Notes under the pieces: model-generated
Told to the model about the DNA's origin: nothing
Databases searched by the model: none
What the model saw: only the letters and a program-made list of their open reading frames with translations
Part shown: positions 57,515 to 64,000 of the stretch, one piece after another
Layout of the letters: each line of letters opens with the position of its first letter
Numbering within the stretch: the stretch's first letter is position 1
Source of the DNA: Escherichia coli
GTDB taxonomy: Bacteria > Pseudomonadota > Gammaproteobacteria > Enterobacterales > Enterobacteriaceae
Assembly: GCA_032372955.1 (NCBI GenBank)
Contig: GCA_032372955.1_4725.1
Reading direction: 5' to 3' (one strand)
DNA: 64,000 bases
Program-made: the position numbers and the translations under genes

Positions 57515-59596
57515 TCACCATTCCAAGAACGCAGGTCGTGGTTTAATATCGTATTCCGTGGTGTTTACGGTAACGTATTGATCGTATCCTTCCATCGCCA
57601 ACGTTTCTTGCAAGTTAACATCATCTTGCTTGTTCACAACATATTTGACACCCGTGATTTCTTCAACAAGCTGTCGACTTAACTCCATGATTTCGTGGCT
57701 ACGTGTAGAAACGTTACCCTCGCTTCCCGTATCTAACATGAAACGATAAATCCGAACAGGTTGCGTTTGCCCTACACGGTCAAGACGGCTGATGGCTTGG
57801 ATTTCATCGGATGAACGCCATGGGTTGTTCAGGAAAAGACCGACATTACACATCAGCATCGGAACCCCTTCAGCTAAGCTATCAAATGTTGCGATAGCGG
57901 GACCGCTGTCAGGATCATCGCGTAAGCGAGCAAGTATCTGGTTGATGTTCTTGTTGGTCTTCCCGTAAATGGGTTCAGGTAAGAAACCCGCATCACGAAG
58001 CATGTTGTCGACGCGCTCAACCACCTGAACGTACGACGTGAAGATCAACACTTTGGCTTCAGCGTTGTTGATGTACCCTTCGAAGTCGATGTACTCCACC
58101 ATGTCGACATGACACCGAATGCGGGCTGCACCTAGAACACGGGCCAACGCTTCACCCTGAATTTTCAACCCAACGTACTTGATGACACTCTTGGCGTCTT
58201 TGAAAGCAATCCTTAAATCGGAAGGAAGAACCGGCATGATAGAACGTTTTTCAAACGCATTGCAGAACATCGCATCTTCTTTGTCTCTGACGGGATCGTA
58301 ACCTTTCTGGAAACGAGCGACGATCGATTCGTATCGAGATAGCTCTTTACGTTCTCCGTCGGTACGAATAGTCTTACGATAGTAGTCCAAGGCGTCATCA
58401 AAAATCTTTCTGTAGTGTCCCCAGTTATCCTTGTAATACTTCGCCCGATCGCGTACAAATATCGCCATGTCGTCGCGGATACTCGAGATGGTATAATCGC
58501 TGCCGTTAGGGAGCTTCACGTAAACATCCTGAACTTCCGGTCGGGTTTTACGATAAGCTTCTTTAGGTACAACATGCATCATGAACCCAAGACGATGTCT
58601 GAGGATATCGTTAGCGCGACTGCTGGTTAAACCGTAAATCGCTTTGAAGCTATCGACCACCTGTCCTTGGAACATCGGGTCGATACAACCTAAACATGGG
58701 ATCATCTCAGAACCCATCTGTTTAACGGGCGTACCCGACATAAACAAGACATGCACATCCGCATTCATGGTCTGACGCATCGTCTGTACGAGATCAACCA
58801 ATCGTTGGGAACGTTGGCTGTTCTTGTCGTTGAAGTTATGGCTTTCGTCAACCACGATCAACACGCGCTTCGCTGTGCGTTTATGCTTGATCATTACATC
58901 GTTTAATAAACCCATCGACTCGTAATGCAGAAAATAATACTTATCGCTTTTCTGCAACTGTGATGGTGGCATTGTATCTGACCAGAACGCGGTTTCTGTT
59001 GCGGGGTCAACGATGGCTTTGTTTACATCGGATTGCCATGCTGAACGCATGGTGTTCTTAGGACAGCAGACCACAAATACATCGACGTTCATTGCGGCGC
59101 TTAAAGCCAATGCGGTGATTGTTTTACCGGCACCAGCACCCATCGCACACACGTATCCTTTCAGTCGGTATTTAGGTACGTTACGGTTATAGATGTCGAT
59201 AAACTCATCTTGATAATCGAACAGGGAGAGCGTTAGCATTTTGTTCATGCGTGCTTTATCGAGGATTGCAGGTTGTTCGATTGTGGTATTTTGCAGCCAC
59301 GTTTCCTGCAGCAGTACCTCAATAAGGTGTTTCAGCATGCGTTTGTTACTGCGGGTATTCTTTGCTTCGATGATCGTTTCGAGAATATAAACGAAATCGG
59401 GAAGGTAAAAGTTGTGGAGACTGAGTCCACTAGAAGAGAAATTACGAAACATATGTTTCATAAATCGGGAGGTACCCCATATTCGCTGAATGTCATCTGA
59501 AAGACGCCAGGCATCGATACCCCCGATATGCACGGTGTTGTTACTCTGATTTTTAACCGCTATTCGGTTCATTAAACGATTGATTCTATCCAACAT
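57515..59596 (-). CDS. SNF2-family helicase/ATPase
   Basis: Walker A GAGAGKT; DExH VVDESHNF; motif III MSGTPVKQ; motif VI QAISRLDRVGQTQPVRIYR. Start set at ATG for MLDRINRL; the track extends to 59644. Confidence 0.8.
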   Translation of the reverse strand: MLDRINRLMNRIAVKNQSNNTVHIGGIDAWRLSDDIQRIWGTSRFMKHMFRNFSSSGLSLHNFYLPDFVYILETIIEAKNTRSNKRMLKHLIEVLLQETWLQNTTIEQPAILDKARMNKMLTLSLFDYQDEFIDIYNRNVPKYRLKGYVCAMGAGAGKTITALALSAAMNVDVFVVCCPKNTMRSAWQSDVNKAIVDPATETAFWSDTMPPSQLQKSDKYYFLHYESMGLLNDVMIKHKRTAKRVLIVVDESHNFNDKNSQRSQRLVDLVQTMRQTMNADVHVLFMSGTPVKQMGSEMIPCLGCIDPMFQGQVVDSFKAIYGLTSSRANDILRHRLGFMMHVVPKEAYRKTRPEVQDVYVKLPNGSDYTISSIRDDMAIFVRDRAKYYKDNWGHYRKIFDDALDYYRKTIRTDGERKELSRYESIVARFQKGYDPVRDKEDAMFCNAFEKRSIMPVLPSDLRIAFKDAKSVIKYVGLKIQGEALARVLGAARIRCHVDMVEYIDFEGYINNAEAKVLIFTSYVQVVERVDNMLRDAGFLPEPIYGKTNKNINQILARLRDDPDSGPAIATFDSLAEGVPMLMCNVGLFLNNPWRSSDEIQAISRLDRVGQTQPVRIYRFMLDTGSEGNVSTRSHEIMELSRQLVEEITGVKYVVNKQDDVNLQETLAMEGYDQYVTVNTTEYDIKPRPAFLEW

Positions 59597-59636
59597 AATC
59601 GCGCTCGATTTAATAGAATGTATGATAAAAACTCCT

Positions 59637-59664
59637 CCCCACACCTTTCCTGGGGAGGAGGCCG
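59637..59664. other. GC-rich hairpin in divergent intergenic region
   Basis: 9-bp stem ctcctcccc/ggggaggag. Confidence 0.35.
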
Positions 59665-59739
59665 GGGATGTCCCTTAAAATGACGTCATTCGACAATCCA
59701 TAAAATACGATGGGCATCGAAACGGACCAACACAAATCC

Positions 59740-59759
59740 TTTCACGGCTATATTACTTA
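59740..59759 (+). promoter_or_regulatory. TATATTAC element (early-promoter-like)
   Basis: tttcacggcTATATTACtta, identical 20-mer to 36460-36479; about 50 nt upstream of gene 59805. Confidence 0.5.
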
Positions 59760-59804
59760 CGTGGGTAAAGAAAATTTATTAATAGATTCAAAGAGGTACG
59801 TGCG

Positions 59805-60491
59805 ATGAAATCTTTATATTCGTTGGATTGTTTAAATTTCTTATCTCAGGAAACACGCGCTGAAGTAATTGAAAATATTCGGAAGAACGATCTTGCCCAT
59901 CAAGAAGAACATGTGCTTGCTGTTGTTGAACTGGCAAATGAACTTGCTGATGTGGTTGGTATCATCAAGCCCACGGAACGTCGTCGTCTATTAACGGCTG
60001 CTTTTATGCATGATATCGCTTGCCACGAAAACAGAACATACCACCACCTTATCGGGGGTATTCGTGCGTCGGTTATACTGCTTCGTAACGAGCAGCATAT
60101 TTTCACACCGGAAGACATCGAGGAGATACGCGTACTTATTGCTGAGCATCGTGCGTCGTATTCTGGTCCACGTAGCTCGGTTGCTTCTCAGGTGCTTCGT
60201 CTGGCGGATATGGGTCGTCTCGATAGCGAACGTTTTGGTATCCGTGCAATCGAACATCGTTACGGTCAGATGAGCAAAGAGTTCGCATTACAGGAAACCG
60301 CCGACTATCTTATTTCTAAATTTGCGCCTGATGGCTACGCTTGGATTACGTATCCGGCGTTAGGTCAGCAACTTTATATGAAAGAGATTGCGGTGATTAA
60401 ATCGCTCTGTGCGGATCGTGATAAACTCATTGCTTATTTGGATGATGTTTATACGTATGTTGAAAAGAAACATGGTGAAATCATGTGTTAA
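59805..60491 (+). CDS. HD-domain phosphohydrolase-like protein
   Basis: 228 aa with H...HD...D pattern (EEHVLAV, FMHDIACH, LIAEHRASY, LRLADMGRLD). Confidence 0.45.
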   Translation: MKSLYSLDCLNFLSQETRAEVIENIRKNDLAHQEEHVLAVVELANELADVVGIIKPTERRRLLTAAFMHDIACHENRTYHHLIGGIRASVILLRNEQHIFTPEDIEEIRVLIAEHRASYSGPRSSVASQVLRLADMGRLDSERFGIRAIEHRYGQMSKEFALQETADYLISKFAPDGYAWITYPALGQQLYMKEIAVIKSLCADRDKLIAYLDDVYTYVEKKHGEIMC

Positions 60492-60513
60492 ACATGAAAG
60501 CGGAGAATAATGA

Positions 60514-60996
60514 ATGAGTATCGTTGATTTAACATTAACAGAAGTTGGTGATGGTATTGAGGTTTCGATGAAAACCTCCGACGATCGCACCGTTGTTGCT
60601 AAACTGGAAGAAACCCTGTACGGCAATTACGTGGTGGGCGTTTCAGGGAAGGTGAGTATGTATCGCCTGGCTGGTATTTTAAGCGTCTTTGATGGGGGAT
60701 TGCTGCCGTCCGACCAACTCGAGCTCCAGAACAAATTGATCGACAATGACTTCTACACGGAAAATGTGAAAGTCTTTGGTTACAGCATGATGGGTGGTGT
60801 ATTTAGCGCCGCGACGAACACGCTTAACTTCGGTACCCAACAACTGATTCAGTTCAGTATCGAAAAGGGTAAACTGAAAACGGCGTGGAAAGGCAGCGCT
60901 GCATTCACACCAACCGATCTTCTGCTTACTTCCGCAGAACAGCATTTAAAAGCAAGTAAATCGGGTCGTGCGTTTCTGGAGCAATTAAATCAATGA
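60514..60996 (+). CDS. hypothetical protein
   Basis: 160 aa; ggaga RBS. Confidence 0.5.
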   Translation: MSIVDLTLTEVGDGIEVSMKTSDDRTVVAKLEETLYGNYVVGVSGKVSMYRLAGILSVFDGGLLPSDQLELQNKLIDNDFYTENVKVFGYSMMGGVFSAATNTLNFGTQQLIQFSIEKGKLKTAWKGSAAFTPTDLLLTSAEQHLKASKSGRAFLEQLNQ

Positions 60997-61550
60997 CCCC
61001 GGCCATCTTCTTTATGTCGGATACCCATTTTGATAGCGAGCGTACCTGGACGTATTCACGCCGTCCGTTCGCAAGCGTCGCTGATATGAACCAGCACATG
61101 CTGAAAGCCATCAACAAGCTTCCAAAGAACAGTGTGTTGTGGCATTTAGGTGATTGGGGTAAGTTCGAGTTCGTGGAAGCCATTCGTTCTGATATCCAGG
61201 TTCAATTGGTATTGGGGAATTGGGACGAAGACGCATACAAAGCAACAGGATTAAGCTTTGAAGCGTGGCGTGATAAATTGCTCGGTATGGGGTTTGCTGC
61301 GGTTTATGAACATCCGTTGGTATTGCCGATTAGCAATGACGAATCCTACTGGCTATGCCATAAGCCCAGCGAAAGAAACCCAGGCTACTTTAATTTATTC
61401 GGTCATATTCATCGCTGTATGTTAGCGAAGGCTAACGGACTTAATGTCGGCGTTGATCAGCATTTCTATGCGCCGATTAGTTTGGACACCGTGCGTTTTT
61501 GGCGTAATGCGATAGAAAATCATTACGACGAAGAAGTATGGATGGAGTGA
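60993..61550 (+). CDS. calcineurin-like metallophosphoesterase
   Basis: 185 aa with MSDTHF (DxH), HLGDWG (GD), LGNWDED (GNH[DE]-like), GHIHRC (GHxH). Confidence 0.7.
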   Translation: MTPAIFFMSDTHFDSERTWTYSRRPFASVADMNQHMLKAINKLPKNSVLWHLGDWGKFEFVEAIRSDIQVQLVLGNWDEDAYKATGLSFEAWRDKLLGMGFAAVYEHPLVLPISNDESYWLCHKPSERNPGYFNLFGHIHRCMLAKANGLNVGVDQHFYAPISLDTVRFWRNAIENHYDEEVWME

Positions 61551-61560
61551 TCATTAACCA

Positions 61561-61578
61561 CCCTCCCTTCGGGGAGGG
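61561..61578 (+). terminator. hairpin
   Basis: ccctccc ttcg gggaggg. Confidence 0.5.
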
Positions 61579-61587
61579 TTTATGCTG
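61579..61587 (+). promoter_or_regulatory. TTTATGCTG element after hairpin (late-promoter-like)
   Basis: 30 nt upstream of gene 61617. Confidence 0.35.
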
Positions 61588-61616
61588 CGTTACCAGCACC
61601 TGTTAAGGAGATAAAG

Positions 61617-61892
61617 ATGTCTCGATCATCGACACACCCTGATCCCTGGAAACGATTTCTTAAGGAGCTTCATTATCATGTCGCAGCTCGACCCGGTTTG
61701 AGCGCACACCAAATGGAAATCGTTCTACAGGCGTTACTCATACGACACCCTCAAGTTACACGTATTAAATCATTCATTGGATCTGGAGAGTTCTATGCTT
61801 GCAAAAACTGTTTTAGCCGTCGTGACCATTACATCTACTTCTATTATCGCGCGGTTCCTTCGTCAATGACGGGTCGCGGTGTGGATTTTTAA
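61617..61892 (+). CDS. hypothetical protein
   Basis: 91 aa; aaggag RBS. Confidence 0.5.
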   Translation: MSRSSTHPDPWKRFLKELHYHVAARPGLSAHQMEIVLQALLIRHPQVTRIKSFIGSGEFYACKNCFSRRDHYIYFYYRAVPSSMTGRGVDF

Positions 61893-61966
61893 CACATGAC
61901 TACGGTAAAAATTAACGGTTTTTCATGTTCGTATAGGACATGAAAACAAACAATAAAGGCGTTAGA

Positions 61967-62401
61967 ATGAAGAATTCCATTGTTCGTCACGATTCGGATC
62001 GCGGGTTTTTTATCGATACGGATATCCTTCACGATATTTATTTCAATGACGATCGTGAATTAGCTGAGCTTGTAGACCAACGCTCGGAGACAATCGTCGC
62101 TGCTGGAGGAATATTTAAACCTCAACGATGGGAGGGACTTGATGTTAGTATCCGTCCCATCATCAGCCGAGAAACGCCTTTTGAATTACTCTTTATTTTC
62201 TCACCCCGATCGTTACCTGATGAACAACCGACAACGTTATCCTTAACGGCTGAAGTTGGTTATTGGTCGTACCATATCGAACAAAACGGCGTGGTACGTG
62301 AGGGTACGCTCGAACCTTTGGAATTAAAGAAGTTTCTTGGTACCATCAAAGACCAAGAACGTAAACGTAACCGTGCAATACGGAAACAAAACCGGAATTA
62401 A
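61967..62401 (+). CDS. hypothetical protein
   Basis: Start at MKNSIVRH (aaagg RBS) rather than the track start 61940. Confidence 0.45.
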   Translation: MKNSIVRHDSDRGFFIDTDILHDIYFNDDRELAELVDQRSETIVAAGGIFKPQRWEGLDVSIRPIISRETPFELLFIFSPRSLPDEQPTTLSLTAEVGYWSYHIEQNGVVREGTLEPLELKKFLGTIKDQERKRNRAIRKQNRN

Positions 62402-62456
62402 TTTATTAGCAATCTCGACCACAGAAATCGGTCACTTTTAATAGGAATTGAAAAGA

Positions 62457-62978
62457 ATGAAAAAGTTGTTTCTTGCGGCTTTATTTATTACGGCTTCAGC
62501 ACATGCTTGGGATTATAGCGAACTGGAAACCGGACACGCCAAACTAGGCACGATGTATACCTGGTCATCAGCAGAAGTCAGTGCACCAACCGCCCTGGAA
62601 GTTAACTGCTTGTCTACGGGAGGCGCGTGGGTAAAACTGGATACGGAAGATGAAGGTTATCAGGCACCTCTTCTTCGTGACTATCCGGGTATCGTTAAAA
62701 TCACGATTGGAACCGTTGATGGAATCAGTTATTTCAATGGAGAAACCGATCTTAACTTCTGGTCGAAGGGTGGACAACAGCGTTTGGTGAACTTCGTTAG
62801 TGAATTGAATCAAGCGTTGACCATTTCGGTGTTAACCGATGATGGTAAAACGTACCGCGTTCGTCCGATCGAACCGGAGATGCGAATCGATGTCCGTAAA
62901 TGTCCAGCGGGTGTGCCAGCAATGGTTGACCCCAACACGCGTACCGTACGCACACCTGAAGAAATGAACGCACTTTAA
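62457..62978 (+). CDS. predicted secreted protein with N-terminal signal peptide
   Basis: MKKLFLAALFITASAHA then W: basic N-region, hydrophobic core, AxA-type site; the track start at 62448 is TTG. Confidence 0.5.
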   Translation: MKKLFLAALFITASAHAWDYSELETGHAKLGTMYTWSSAEVSAPTALEVNCLSTGGAWVKLDTEDEGYQAPLLRDYPGIVKITIGTVDGISYFNGETDLNFWSKGGQQRLVNFVSELNQALTISVLTDDGKTYRVRPIEPEMRIDVRKCPAGVPAMVDPNTRTVRTPEEMNAL

Positions 62979-62993
62979 CATGGAGGAAGGTGG

Positions 62994-63257
62994 ATGGGCG
63001 TACCCATCCACCTTCACGAGGCTATTATGGCGAAGAAACCAAAGAAACGTAATAAGAGATACAATCCGAATAAACGTTCGAAGTTTACGCTGGTTTACAT
63101 GACGGACACTGAGTTCCAGGAAGCCAATCGACGTCATCGTTGTCTACGGGAAGCTTACCTCAATGAACATGGCTCTAAGGTTCTAACGGCTGCTGACGAT
63201 GTTCCTGAAGAACAGTTTACCGATATTCAGTTATTCTTATCAAAAGGAATTCAATAA
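62994..63257 (+). CDS. hypothetical basic protein
   Basis: 87 aa; ggaggaagg RBS; Lys/Arg-rich N-terminus. Confidence 0.5.
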   Translation: MGVPIHLHEAIMAKKPKKRNKRYNPNKRSKFTLVYMTDTEFQEANRRHRCLREAYLNEHGSKVLTAADDVPEEQFTDIQLFLSKGIQ

Positions 63258-64000
63258 TGAAAACGCTTATTGATACGACATGCCCTCATTGCGGACACGA
63301 CATTTCGCTGGCATCGATTCGTTACGATATGTTTTCGGATATGCCGTTGCCGAACACGTGCTATGTTTGTACTAGCTGTTTGAAAACCGTTAAGGTATTT
63401 GTTGTCGATAACAGCGCAGAACGCCATATTTCGTTTTTACCATCGGATGAAAAACACGAAGCGATTTGGTCGATTATTTTCTCTAATACAACTCGCCCAG
63501 CCAATCCGTTTGTTTCCAGTACATCGATGGCTGTTGATGTCGATTGTTTTATGTCTGAGTTAACCTTGGGTACCGTCGAACATATTAATGCGATCGCCGA
63601 TCTTTATATTGGTCAGTCGTTGAATCAAGGGCATCTGTCACCAAACGGGACTCTCTGTATCGAAGGAGACAACTACGAAGAGGCGATGTCGCATTACCGC
63701 ACGCATCTGACGATACCCATGCGCTACATCAGCGATATTCAAGAAGCCGCACTTTTCGCAACCGATCTTGCGTGGTTATTTAATGCGGTTATCCATCAAG
63801 CAAATGAGGGTACGTTGTTGCAGAAAGTTGATGGTAAGATCGGCTGGTGCCACAGCGTGCGTAGTGCGGTTGTGATCGATTACTTATTGCGTAATCGGTG
63901 GATTGCCCAACTGTTTAATTATTGGTATCAATACGTCTTGGATTACGACGTTGAGCCGGTTCTTTACAGTGCTGATGGTAGCGTCTGGTTGTCGCATGGG
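63257..64000 (+). CDS. hypothetical protein, 3'-truncated at window edge; N-terminal Cys cluster
   Basis: Frame open from ATG 63257 (TAATG overlap) to the end of the window; CPHCGH...CYVCTSC. Confidence 0.45.
   Translation, partial: MKTLIDTTCPHCGHDISLASIRYDMFSDMPLPNTCYVCTSCLKTVKVFVVDNSAERHISFLPSDEKHEAIWSIIFSNTTRPANPFVSSTSMAVDVDCFMSELTLGTVEHINAIADLYIGQSLNQGHLSPNGTLCIEGDNYEEAMSHYRTHLTIPMRYISDIQEAALFATDLAWLFNAVIHQANEGTLLQKVDGKIGWCHSVRSAVVIDYLLRNRWIAQLFNYWYQYVLDYDVEPVLYSADGSVWLSHG

Noticed and set aside
1-64000. CRISPR arrays, integrase/transposase genes, rRNA, and host sigma70 promoters
   Set aside because: No regularly spaced direct repeats, no recombinase motifs, no rRNA-like conserved stretches; the recurrent intergenic motifs are phage-specific rather than TTGACA/TATAAT pairs.

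Overview
This window reads as a fragment of a phiKZ-like, nucleus-forming jumbo phage (Chimalliviridae-type) from an enterobacterial host; nothing in it looks like host chromosome. It is densely packed with about 70 mostly plus-strand genes. Recognisable content, all from motifs read by eye (no searches run): a tubulin-like PhuZ; a probable chimallin (nucleus shell) gene immediately upstream of a split multisubunit RNA polymerase beta-prime N-terminal gene; RNAP beta C-terminal and beta-prime C-terminal fragments; a terminase large subunit; a putative tail sheath/tube pair; two SF2 helicases (one SNF2-type); an Mre11/SbcD-like nuclease; a small metallophosphoesterase; an HD-domain protein. The most unusual feature is a ~1.3 kb non-coding stretch (about 33.57-34.86 kb) that interrupts the beta-prime gene near its catalytic centre and carries at least two tandem ORF-less group I intron cores; exon boundaries are unresolved. 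Two recurrent intergenic motif classes look like phage-RNAP promoters: TATATTAC elements (early-like) and GC-rich hairpins followed by TTTATGC(C/T)G (late-like). No tRNA, CRISPR array, integrase or transposase was found. Most ORFs are hypothetical and most gene starts are approximate.
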